Below, one piece after another: positions 1 to 8,252 of a DNA stretch of 64,000 bases (within the stretch, counting starts at the first letter, position 1; every line of letters starts with the position of its first letter). Both the position numbers and the translations under genes were made by a program. The notes under the pieces are model-generated. The model saw nothing but the letters and a program-made list of their open reading frames with translations, ran no database searches and was not told where the DNA came from. Source of the DNA: Phycisphaerae bacterium (GTDB taxonomy: Bacteria; Planctomycetota; Phycisphaerae; UBA1845; Fen-1342); assembly GCA_050115495.1 (NCBI GenBank), contig JASFQK010000025.1, positions 1 through 64,000 of the forward strand. Reading direction: 5' to 3'.

Positions 1-112
1 CCAGTTCGGCCATCCAGAAGTCAAAGGCCCGTGCCAGGGGGAAGTTGCCGTTGGCGCAGACGTCGAACCGCCACCAGCCGTCCCCGACTCTGAACTCGAC
101 GTAGTCCAGCAT
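1..112 (-). CDS. Hypothetical protein, 5' part only (runs off the left edge)
   Basis: ATG at 112-110 preceded by GAGGGA. Open frame MLDYVEFRVGDGWWRFDVCANGNFPLARAFDFWMAEL continues to the window edge and lies downstream of the 534-562 promoter. Not in the ORF track because it is truncated. Confidence 0.55.
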   Translation of the reverse strand, partial: MLDYVEFRVGDGWWRFDVCANGNFPLARAFDFWMAEL

Positions 113-251
113 GCTCGTTCCCTCGCGGTTGGCGGGCGCGGCCCGCCCTGCATTCGCGCGCAGGGGTGGCGACGCCGTTGGCGACGGCGGAACGTCGAAC
201 GCTGATGGCACCAAAAGGAAACGGGCGCCACCCGATGCGCTAAAGGCCACC

Positions 252-491
252 GATAAACCGTCAAGCCCATCGATGTGGCCCCGCGCACCGGGCAGCGCCC
301 GCATGATAAGCGCGGACACTACCCTGGGCGAGGGTGCCTTGGCTCGATGGGAAGTCTGACAAGGACGGCCGGTCGCGCCCGCCGTACAAGGTCAGTTTGA
401 CGGTTTATCTGCCAAGACAAACTCGATCATCGGCGCTCGTGATTGAGAGCACCGCTACAAGTCTCCAGTGGCTGCACCACCGCTGCCGATG
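252..491 (-). ncRNA. Candidate structured RNA or long 5' leader (multi-stem, family unknown)
   Basis: Nested inverted repeats: 252-264/397-409 (13 bp perfect), 266-273/344-351, 356-360/391-395, 365-369/381-385, 281-286/310-315, 321-325/331-335, 428-433/486-491. Strand assigned from the minus-strand promoter at 534-562. Confidence 0.5.
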
Positions 492-533
492 GCCCTGCTC
501 GGTCACCGATGGCGGTTCGACCACGATGCCTGT

Positions 534-562
534 AGTATACCGGAGATTCGGATACTTGTCAA
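534..562 (-). promoter_or_regulatory. Near-consensus sigma70 promoter, TTGACA-N17-TATACT
   Basis: Minus strand reads TTGACA agtatccgaatctccgg TATACT (-35 at 562-557, -10 at 539-534), in an AT-rich patch of a GC-rich genome. Confidence 0.8.
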
Positions 563-568
563 CTAAAA

Positions 569-600
569 TGTTCATTCCTGAGGAACAAGAATTCCTTGTT
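569..600. promoter_or_regulatory. Candidate operator palindromes
   Basis: TGTTC-N9-GAACA (569-587) and AACAAG-N5-CTTGTT (584-600), between the leftward -35 and the HTH start codon. Confidence 0.4.
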
Positions 601-609
601 AGAGAACCG

Positions 610-900
610 ATGATCACGGTCAAGCTCAAGGATGCGATGGAGGCTTACCGGCGCAGGACCGGCGAGCGGATGACATATGCGAAGTTATCGCAACTGACCG
701 ACATCTCGCAATCCACGCTGCGGAAGATTGGCAGCGTGCTTTCGTACCATCCCACGTTGAGCAACATCGAGCGCATTTGCGTAGCGCTCGACGCGACTCC
801 CGGCGACATGCTCGAGATCATCCCTGATCCGCCGAAGGCGAAACCCAAGCCCAAGCCGAAGCGTCAGACGAAGAGCCCCAAAGCCGCGAAGCGGCGATAG
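610..900 (+). CDS. Cro/C1-type (XRE/HTH_26-like) transcriptional regulator with basic C-terminal tail
   Basis: MITVKLKDAM...TYAKLSQLTDISQSTLRKI...PTLSNIERICVALDATPGDMLE matches the XRE HTH pattern. ATG at 610 chosen over the ORF-track start at 334. Confidence 0.85.
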   Translation: MITVKLKDAMEAYRRRTGERMTYAKLSQLTDISQSTLRKIGSVLSYHPTLSNIERICVALDATPGDMLEIIPDPPKAKPKPKPKRQTKSPKAAKRR

Positions 901-901
901 T

Positions 902-1796
902 CAGTAGCCCGGCGGCGTAAGCCCCGGGTACCCGTCCATAACCATTCCAATTCAGAGCCCCAGCGGGGCGACAGACTCCTCTATCGCTCCGCTGGGGCTC
1001 AAAGAGGGGTACGTGGGTTTCGGTCCAAGAGCTCACACCCTTGGCTACGTTCGTGCGCCCTCCGGGCGAAAGAGAAGAGGGGTGGGTGAGGCTCCCGGCT
1101 CCAGGGACTGAAGTCCCTGGCAACCAACGTGCGCCCTCCGGGCGAAGAGGAAGGCACGCGTTGCCCCCACCCAGAGACGTACGTTGGTACCTCGCCCACA
1201 AGACGCATTTGCTCGCCCACAGGGCGCGCGATCTCCCCCGCCCAGAAGATACGCCGCATCTCCCAGACGCTGCGCGTCCTCCCCCGAAGGGCGCACCGTC
1301 GTAGCCAGAGGCTTCAATCTCTCATCATCGACACGCGTATACTCCTCCTCGCCCCGAAGGGCGCGCTTCCTCGCCCGGAGGGCGCGCGAGCGTAGCCAGG
1401 GACTTCAGTCCCTGGTAGCGTTCGCCGCCCCCATCTCTCTCTTCTTCCTTCTTCCCTCTTCTTCCTCGCCCGGAGGGCGCGCGAACGTAGCCAGGGACTT
1501 CAGTCCCTGGACCGGCAAGCCTCACCCCCTCCTCTTCTCCGCCCGGACCCGCCGGTCACACCAGCCCCGCAGGGGCGCCAGTCAATAGCCTGGGGCGTGA
1601 GCCCCAGGTACACGGCCACGACAACCCCATTCAGAGCCCCAACGGGGCGACAGATCGCCCGGTCCGCGACCACGTCCCGACGTCCCGCTCATCGCCCGGT
1701 TCCACCTCTGCCGCCCCGCTGGGGCTCGGAGAGACACATGCGTCCCATTCCTGGGGCTCACGCCCCAGGCTACTGACTGCCGCCGCGTTGCGGCGA
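902..1796. repeat. REP/BIME-like mosaic of palindromic repeats
   Basis: Unit CGCCCGGAGGGCGC..CGTAGCCAGGGACTTCAGTCCCTGG at 1372-1415 and 1467-1510 (+), degenerate at 1281-1322 (+), inverted at 1025-1068 and 1101-1144. AGAGCCCC(AG/AA)CGGGGCGACAGA with inverted partners at ~954-1000 and ~1633-1727. TAGCCTGGGGCGTGAGCCCCAGG at ~1586-1608, inverted at ~1750-1772. Confidence 0.85.
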
Positions 1797-2110
1797 AGAA
1801 CCGCCCGCAACCGCTGATTCCCGCCGTGCTGCGGCGAAGACGCTTGCCAATACGCGACAGAATCCGCCAGAATCCGCCAGAGCCTAGCATTCCTAGGAAT
1901 CCTCCTTGCCCCACGCTCGAAGCGCGTCTATCTTTCCCATGCTCACGCAGTTCCCGGGCCCGCCTTGACGGACCCTCGGTCTTCGGAGCCAGGACGTCGA
2001 TCGAAACGTTGTAGCACGGCTAACCCCGTGTGGTCGGCGACCAAACCCCGAAGACCGATCGTCTCGTGACCCGTGCGTCGGCGAAGCACCTTGCCGAGTG
2101 TCGCCAGCCC

Positions 2111-2198
2111 GTAGCGTCGGCCCCCCGTGGCCGACGTCTGTAGCGGCCGGTCTCCGTGCCGGCCGTCTGTAGCGCCGGCCCCCCGTGGCCGACGTCGA
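2111..2198 (+). repeat. Three tandem GTAG-type REP palindromes with a 29-bp period
   Basis: GTAG at 2111, 2140 and 2169, each followed by a GC hairpin. The 28-mer GTAGCGTCGGCCCCCCGTGGCCGACGTC recurs exactly at 6572-6599(-), 8499-8526(-) and 13416-13443(+). Confidence 0.9.
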
Positions 2199-2382
2199 CC
2201 GCCGGCGACCGTTCACTTCGGTGAACACGGCAACGGTGTTCAGAGGACGCCGCTCGCATCGGCGAACGCCAGGACGCGGCTGCCTGCACGGAACCGCACC
2301 CTCGCGGTCACTCAGCGCAGCACCGGAGCGGATCTTTGACAACCGAATACGCGTCCTCGGCCCACGAGCAAGCTGCGATGCA

Positions 2383-2593
2383 GGGGCAAAGGGGCAGAGG
2401 AGCAAAGGAGCAGAGGGAGGGCGATCGGCCCCCGACCGTTCCGCCGCCTCGGCACTCTGAGTGGAGCCGAAGGGGCTGCCTCCGGCTCAGGGCTCAAGGC
2501 TCAAGGCTCACGGCCTGTAGCTGACGGCTGATGGCTGACGGCAGACGGGGGTTCCCTGGCAGCCGAGCGATCGGCGGACCGAGCCCGCCCTAC
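2383..2593. repeat. Short tandem 7-8-mer repeats plus a GTAG REP
   Basis: GG(G/A)GCA(A/G)A x4 (2383-2414), GGCTCAN x4 (~2484-2511), GCTGA(C/T)G x3-4 (2520-2547). GTAGGGCGGGCTCGGTCCGCC on the minus strand at 2573-2593. Confidence 0.75.
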
Positions 2594-2651
2594 GGTGACG
2601 AACGCCGGCAAGTGGGTCCGGTGTGGCGGGGATGTCGGGGATGGCTGGGGT

Positions 2652-3020
2652 CTAGAAGACCGACGGCGGGGTCTGACCATCGAACTCGACGCCCATCTCG
2701 TAGGTGTCGGCCAGCACGCGGCGGGCGTGGACGACCGTTCCACAGACGAACATCGGATCGCCGGTGTGGCGGGGGACGAGGGCTTCGATCCAGGTTCCGG
2801 AAGGCACGAGGCGGTTGAGCTGTATGGCGAAACCGGTGCTGGAGACGTTGATGGTGCGGCCGATGAGGGCGGTGGACTGGCGCGTCTCGGGGTCGTAGAG
2901 GGTGACGCGACAAGCGACGCGAAGCGAGATCCGGACTTCCTGACGCGCGGGGCGCTGGTCCGCAACCGCCTGCTGGCGTGCCGTCGTTCTCTCAGCCGAA
3001 GCAACGAATCCCGCCTTCAT
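2652..3020 (-). CDS. PilZ domain protein (putative c-di-GMP receptor)
   Basis: RxxxR (RQEVR) and (D/N)xSxxG (NVSSTG) motifs, C-terminal GVEF. ATG at 3020. Confidence 0.85.
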   Translation of the reverse strand: MKAGFVASAERTTARQQAVADQRPARQEVRISLRVACRVTLYDPETRQSTALIGRTINVSSTGFAIQLNRLVPSGTWIEALVPRHTGDPMFVCGTVVHARRVLADTYEMGVEFDGQTPPSVF

Positions 3021-3185
3021 GACACTACTCCCGGGAAGCCGCCGAGGGGTGGGCCGCATCAGCGGTCGCGAACACCTGGCCCTGCCACGAATTGCTATCG
3101 ACCAGTTGAGGTGCGGGTCATTAGCAGGGATGTGATGAGTGCGGCGCGCGGCCGGAAATGTGTCGGCGCTGCGGCAGAAAAGGCC

Positions 3186-3449
3186 TCAGGAAGCGGACGT
3201 TTCGCCGAGCAACTCGACGCGCGTCAGCGGATCGACGGTGATGGTCGTCCGCTCGCCGTCGTCCTTTCGCAGACGGAGGCGGAGCAGCCAGAGGCGATCG
3301 TCCTTGGCGTGAGCGTACCAGCTTCCGGTCTTTTCCTGACCGACCGACTCGACCACGCCGGCAACCTCGGTCTGCCAGTTGCCCTCGCGGCGGTCGATCT
3401 CCTGGATGACGCGGATGCGCTGTCCGGGTTTGACCTCGTCGATCGTCAT
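3186..3449 (-). CDS. Small hypothetical protein (beta-rich)
   Basis: 87-aa ORF with GC-rich third codon positions, directly downstream of the vWA gene in the same orientation. Confidence 0.75.
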   Translation of the reverse strand: MTIDEVKPGQRIRVIQEIDRREGNWQTEVAGVVESVGQEKTGSWYAHAKDDRLWLLRLRLRKDDGERTTITVDPLTRVELLGETSAS

Positions 3450-3478
3450 CTCGTGTCCGTTTCCTGGTTGCGGCTGCC

Positions 3479-5524
3479 TCAGATCATCACCCGCCGATTA
3501 TAGATGTACCACTCCAGCAGCACGAGGGCCAGGGCCGCCCCGACGAACCACCGCCAGATCTCCGGAGTCGCCGTGTCGATCGTCTGGCCGGCGACGACCT
3601 GGGCCGAGCCGATGTCGCCGGCGGTGCGAGGCCGAATGTCGCTTTCCCAGGCGTCCTCGAGGTTTACGGCGTAGCGGTCCTCGTGCTGCTCGCCGCCGTG
3701 CGTGTAGCGGACGCGGTAGACGCCCGCAGCGTGGGTGCCGCCGAAGTAGACCACGCCGGCCACGTCGGGCTGGAGGGTCAGGGTCGTGCCGTCGGGGCGG
3801 ACCAGCTCGGCCTTGTCGGTGCCCTCGGGCAGGACGATCCGCAGGGTCTCCCCCGGGCGGACCGGGCCGCCCTCAGCCTCAGCACCGCCGGCGCCGAGGT
3901 AGCGGAGGACGTTGTAGGCGAAGACGGGGAACCCCGGTTTCGACCACCAGTTGCTGTATTCGAGGGGGAAGGACAGGATCATGTAATGCCGGCCGTCCTT
4001 CCGGTAGCGGGCCAACGCCGGCCCGGCGGGCCCCTCGATCAGCGTCTCGGCGTCGGAGGGCAGCTCCAACACAAGCCCCTTGCTCGCGTAGACGTAGTCG
4101 AGGGCGACGTGCCGCAGGACCGCGTGCGTATCGTCCCACCAGACCAGCGGATACGTGCGGTCGAGCTCTTCGGCCACGTTGATCCCCTCGACCTTGGGGA
4201 CCGCTCCGATAAACAGGTAGTTCCCGACCGGTAACGGTCCCGGCTGGTACTTGTCGAAGATCACGACGTCGAACGTCGAGCGGCCTTCGACGGCGAGTTG
4301 CGCCGCCGGCGCCCGCTCGTACTGGGCTGGCGTCATGAAGATCCGCTCCGCCAGTGGCAGGCCGCTCAGCACGCTGTCGAGGAACAGGTTCTGCTCGGTG
4401 ACGACGAGGACACGCAGCCGGCGAGGCGGCGGGATCACCGCCAAGGCCCGGTTGTCCGCCTCCAGGGCGTCCCGACGCGACAGGCGGGCCTCCAGCGTCG
4501 CCGCCCGGTCCAGCGTCAACTCGAAGCTCAGTCCCCGTGTGTTGGCGACGGCTGTCGTACCTTCGGCCGGCGCCGGCGTGCCCGGCTGCGGCGGGGTCAG
4601 GCTCGGGGCGGGGTCGAGCGTCAGGGTCCGCACGTCCGCGTTGGCCAGTTCACCGTCGATGAGGAGCGACACGTCGGTCGTGACCGGCTTGTCGCCGAAG
4701 TTCTGGACCTGGAGGAAGACCTCCAGCGTCTCGGGCTGCTCGTAGTTGCGGCGGGCCCGGAGGGCGGTGATGCCGACGTTGTCGTGGGTCTCGCCGACGG
4801 CCCGGAGCTCGATCTGCCCCTCGCGGAGGACGACGTTCGTCAGGTCGCGCACCGCCCCGTCCGAGAGCAGGACGATCCGGGCGGCACTCTCGGCGCTGAC
4901 GGGCGTCTTGTCGGTGGTCATGGTCGGCGGGGCCGTATAGGCCGCGGCCAGTTCCAGGGCCTCGCGGATGTCGGTCTGGCCGTCGGTCGGCTGGATACCG
5001 CCGATGGCGTCGAGCAATTCGCCCGTGTTCGGCGTGAACGGGGCGATCACGGAGGCGCGGTCGCTGAATCCGATAACCATGGCCTGCGTCTTGGCCTCGG
5101 CTCCGCCCAGGCGGAAGAACGAGAGCCAGCCGCCGCTACGGCGGTTCAGCGTCTTCACCAACCGGACGGCCTGCTCCTTGGCCAGTTCAAGCCGGGAGCC
5201 GTCCTCTTCCTTGGCGTTCATCGACGCCGACCGGTCGACGAGGATCACGAGCCGGCCCTCGGTGGCGGCGGTGGTTTCGATCATCGGACGGGCCAGGGCG
5301 AAGATCGCCAGGCCGAGCACCAGGAGTTGCAGCAGGAGCAGCAGGTTCTTGCGAAGCCGCTGGAACGGGGCGTTGACCTGGAGGTCCTGTACGGCCCGCT
5401 TCCACAGCAGCGTCGAGGCGACGAGCTGCTCCCGCCGGCGGAGCTTCAGGAAGTAGAGGATGAGCAGGGCCGGGATGACGGCCGCAGCGATACCCAGTGC
5501 CCACCATGGGTTCAGAAAGCTCAC
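3479..5524 (-). CDS. BatA/vWA domain membrane protein
   Basis: N-terminal BatA-like double TM (MSFLNPW...LILYFLK...STLLW...LARP), MIDAS DRSASM, SDG, and C-terminal TM ending LEW. Overlaps the DUF58 stop codon (GTGA). Confidence 0.9.
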   Translation of the reverse strand: MSFLNPWWALGIAAAVIPALLILYFLKLRRREQLVASTLLWKRAVQDLQVNAPFQRLRKNLLLLLQLLVLGLAIFALARPMIETTAATEGRLVILVDRSASMNAKEEDGSRLELAKEQAVRLVKTLNRRSGGWLSFFRLGGAEAKTQAMVIGFSDRASVIAPFTPNTGELLDAIGGIQPTDGQTDIREALELAAAYTAPPTMTTDKTPVSAESAARIVLLSDGAVRDLTNVVLREGQIELRAVGETHDNVGITALRARRNYEQPETLEVFLQVQNFGDKPVTTDVSLLIDGELANADVRTLTLDPAPSLTPPQPGTPAPAEGTTAVANTRGLSFELTLDRAATLEARLSRRDALEADNRALAVIPPPRRLRVLVVTEQNLFLDSVLSGLPLAERIFMTPAQYERAPAAQLAVEGRSTFDVVIFDKYQPGPLPVGNYLFIGAVPKVEGINVAEELDRTYPLVWWDDTHAVLRHVALDYVYASKGLVLELPSDAETLIEGPAGPALARYRKDGRHYMILSFPLEYSNWWSKPGFPVFAYNVLRYLGAGGAEAEGGPVRPGETLRIVLPEGTDKAELVRPDGTTLTLQPDVAGVVYFGGTHAAGVYRVRYTHGGEQHEDRYAVNLEDAWESDIRPRTAGDIGSAQVVAGQTIDTATPEIWRWFVGAALALVLLEWYIYNRRVMI

Positions 5525-6444
5525 CGCAACAACCCTCGCTGCCGCAGATAGGCCAGCACGAGCGTGTCAAAGGCGACGCGCGTGCTCGTGAACAGGTACG
5601 TAATCCCCCGGCGAGTGCAGTAGTCCTTCAGTTCGGCGCAGTAGCTCTGGAGGTTGGCCTTGTAGCGCTTCAGGAGCGGCTGGCTGATGGTCACCTCGGC
5701 CAGGTCGTCGTCCTCGACGTCGCGGAGCTTGAGATCGCCGACGAGGGTCGGGTCGACCTCCTCCGGCGAGAGGACCTGGATGACGTAGAGGTCGAGGTTG
5801 CGGCCGAGCAGGTAGCGCAGGCCCTCGGCGAAGCCGCCCTTGTCCATGAAATCGCTGAGGACGACCACGACGCCGCGGGTCGTGTGGCGGATGGCGAAGC
5901 GCCTGGCGACGGCGGTGAAGTCGGAGGCACCCTCGAAGGGGATGTTCTGGAGGAAATGGACGACCTGGCTGATGAGCCGCCGGCCGCGGATGCCGCGCAT
6001 CTCGTGCGCCAGCCGGCCAGAGTAGCCGTAGAGGCTGACGCGGTCGTAGTTGACCAGGCCGATGTAGGCCAAGGCGGCGGCGACACGCTTGACGTAGAGC
6101 CCCTTGTTCGGGCGGCCCCAGTCCATGCTCTTGGACGTGTCGAACAGCACGGTGACGTTGAGGTCCTCCTCTTCGAGGAAGAGCTTGAGCAGCAGCTTTT
6201 CGAGGCGGGCGTAGATGTTCCAATCGAGGAAGCGGAGGTCGTCGCCGACGACGTAGTTGCGGTAGTCGGCGAACTCGACGCTCTCGCCGCGGCGTTTGCT
6301 GCGCCGCTCGCCCTTCAGGCGGCCGACGAAGATCTTGCGGGAGATGATCTCGAGTTGCTCGAGCCGGGACATGAAGTCCGGCGAGAGGAGCTCGCGGTCG
6401 TCGTCGCGTTCACGTTCACGCTGTTGTACGGGCGCCGTCGCCAA
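5521..6444 (-). CDS. DUF58 family protein (MoxR-associated vWA-like)
   Basis: GESVEFADYRNYVVGDDLRFLDWN, DTSKSM and SDF motifs. TTG start after GGAGG. Confidence 0.93.
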   Translation of the reverse strand: MATAPVQQRERERDDDRELLSPDFMSRLEQLEIISRKIFVGRLKGERRSKRRGESVEFADYRNYVVGDDLRFLDWNIYARLEKLLLKLFLEEEDLNVTVLFDTSKSMDWGRPNKGLYVKRVAAALAYIGLVNYDRVSLYGYSGRLAHEMRGIRGRRLISQVVHFLQNIPFEGASDFTAVARRFAIRHTTRGVVVVLSDFMDKGGFAEGLRYLLGRNLDLYVIQVLSPEEVDPTLVGDLKLRDVEDDDLAEVTISQPLLKRYKANLQSYCAELKDYCTRRGITYLFTSTRVAFDTLVLAYLRQRGLLR

Positions 6445-6467
6445 ACTTCGTTACCTCCGCACCCGGC

Positions 6468-6698
6468 GGGTGCCACTGGTGGCTTGTCCACCAGTGCGTT
6501 TCGTTTCCTCCACGCGACGGCCGACACGGAGGTCGGCCGCTACGGCGCGGGTCGTGTCGCTCCAGGCACTCGACGTCGGCCACGGGGGGCCGACGCTACT
6601 CGGTGGCCGGCACGATGGGCGGCTGTTGGCGCACCGGTTACAAACCGGTGCCACAATGAAGACGCCCGCTGTCCCGGCGCGCCGGGATCCGCCGCTAC
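6468..6698. repeat. Composite REP mosaic, copy 1
   Basis: GTGCCACTGGTGGCTTGTCCACCAGTG, three GTAG REPs (6516-6543, 6570-6599, 6673-6698) and GCACCGGTTACAAACCGGTGCCAC. Segment 6533-6664 aligns directly with 8460-8592. Confidence 0.88.
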
Positions 6699-7630
6699 GT
6701 CCTCCCTCGCCACTGCGCGTATTCTCGCGTGAACAGGTCGCGAAGGCGAGCCATGGTGCGCTGGCCGGCGTGGGACAGCTTCCGGTCCGGGTGGCGCAGA
6801 CAAGTGTAGATTCCCGCGGGCTGGCGCTCCAGCAGCCAGTCTTGGTCCACGGCCAAATCGGCGCCTTCGTTCCGCCGCTCCCGGGGCAGCCGGAGGAAGA
6901 GCTGATGGTAGTCCAGCGGCTCGTTCGAGGTGCACAATGTCCCGGGACCGGGCAGCGGGCGACCGCGTTGCAGCGTGGCGTAGTCCACGCGTGCAACGTG
7001 CGACGCGTACTCCTTGAGCAGGCACTCGAGGTAGCCTTCCTGCACAGGCGTGGAACTCTCCAGCGCCGGCCAGCCCGCTTTCTGCACCGGCAAGTCCGGC
7101 GCAAGCCAGCGGTCGGCCGACGTCTCCACCTGCACCAGGCGGCGCTCGCCGGCGTGAACGTTGTCCGGAACACCGTCGGCGTAGCCCACGCGGAGCATGA
7201 ACGCATGGGCGAGCGACGACACGTGGCTATGGGACGCGGACTTCGCCATGTGCCAGAGGAGCGGCGCGGTCAGCGTGACACGCTCGGGGAACTGGTCGTT
7301 CGACTGCACCAGCCGCTCGATAGTGGCATCGTCGAGCGTGGCGCACCCCGCTGCGCCCGGAGGCGGAGCCGAGCCGCTCTTGCCGCTCGCCCACTCGGCC
7401 AGCCACTTGCTCAATTCCTGCAACGCGGCGGGCTCCTGGCAGGCCTCCTCGAACTCGTGCACGGCGATGAGTTCCTGGCAGGCCTCGATGGACGTCGGGG
7501 CGCTGAGCCCGTGCAGGAACATGGAGTGCATGTCGCGCATCCAGCGCAGGAGCTTCCGGAGCGTATCGCCCTCCGGCACACCATGCCGGTACAGCCCCAG
7601 AACGATCGGCGTGTGGTCAGCTTCGGGCAT
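6695..7630 (-). CDS. Hypothetical protein (311 aa, no family recognised)
   Basis: Long ORF starting 3 bp after the stop of the upstream membrane gene. Its TAG stop lies within the GTAG of a REP. Confidence 0.6.
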   Translation of the reverse strand: MPEADHTPIVLGLYRHGVPEGDTLRKLLRWMRDMHSMFLHGLSAPTSIEACQELIAVHEFEEACQEPAALQELSKWLAEWASGKSGSAPPPGAAGCATLDDATIERLVQSNDQFPERVTLTAPLLWHMAKSASHSHVSSLAHAFMLRVGYADGVPDNVHAGERRLVQVETSADRWLAPDLPVQKAGWPALESSTPVQEGYLECLLKEYASHVARVDYATLQRGRPLPGPGTLCTSNEPLDYHQLFLRLPRERRNEGADLAVDQDWLLERQPAGIYTCLRHPDRKLSHAGQRTMARLRDLFTREYAQWRGRT

Positions 7631-7633
7631 GAT

Positions 7634-8233
7634 TCACGTCCCTTGCTGCGTGTCCCGCTGCGCCTCCATACGGGGCGCACCTCGCTGGTCAACGGGCGTT
7701 CCACACTCCGGGCAGCGCTCCGGGCTGGCGCGGAGGTCGTAGCCGCATCGTTCACACAACCCTCGCCGGTGGCGCCGTTTCCGGCGGCGATGCCAAATCA
7801 AGAGGCCCGATCCGACGCCAACAGACAGCAGTAGCACAACCGACCAAATGGGCACGGCAACAAAAAGGAAGGCGGCATTACCGATGGAGAGTGCTGGCCG
7901 AGACCATTCGAACCGCAAGGGGAAGAGCCGCGCCACCCATGACCCACTCTGCGGCGCCGCGCCTGCCGGCGACACGCTTGACACGTGCCAGCCGGCGAAC
8001 TCCCAGTAGTCGCCCTCGGATATGAGGAACCTACGGTCCCAGTATTCAAGCACGCCCCGGTACGCAGCAATCAGCGTGACTTCCTCGTCCGGCGAGCCCG
8101 CCGCCCCGTCGGAGGCTCGGACCCACCGAGTAATCAGAACCTCGCTCACGCAGTAACTGCGGATCCAAAGCGCAATCGCAAGCAGCCACAGCAACGTGCA
8201 CGTCGCCCACAGGATGCGCAGGCTCCACTTCAC
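7634..8233 (-). CDS. Membrane protein with C-terminal CxxCGYDL...CPECG zinc ribbon
   Basis: Two hydrophobic segments, a basic patch, then RGLCERCGYDLRASPERCPECG. GTG at 8233 chosen because the longer start would translate through REP DNA. Confidence 0.8.
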   Translation of the reverse strand: MKWSLRILWATCTLLWLLAIALWIRSYCVSEVLITRWVRASDGAAGSPDEEVTLIAAYRGVLEYWDRRFLISEGDYWEFAGWHVSSVSPAGAAPQSGSWVARLFPLRFEWSRPALSIGNAAFLFVAVPIWSVVLLLSVGVGSGLLIWHRRRKRRHRRGLCERCGYDLRASPERCPECGTPVDQRGAPRMEAQRDTQQGT

Positions 8234-8252
8234 GCCGAACCACCCTTCACCC

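Noticed and set aside
428..491. tRNA-like look (GCTC...GAGC D-arm-like hairpin inside a closing stem)
   Set aside because: No TTC T-loop, no proper anticodon arm and wrong spacing. Kept only as part of the unknown structured leader.
334..609. N-terminal extension of the HTH ORF in the ORF track
   Set aside because: It runs through the promoter and structured leader; the HTH fold begins at Met 610.
2111..2198. CRISPR-like periodic repeats (also 1025-1510)
   Set aside because: Units abut or are inverted, with no unique equal-length spacers and no cas genes. The same units are dispersed elsewhere as REPs.
818..2524. Many short overlapping ORFs in the repeat region
   Set aside because: Arg/Pro-rich translations of palindromic repeats, without RBS or coding bias. 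No HUH/Y1 transposase motif found.
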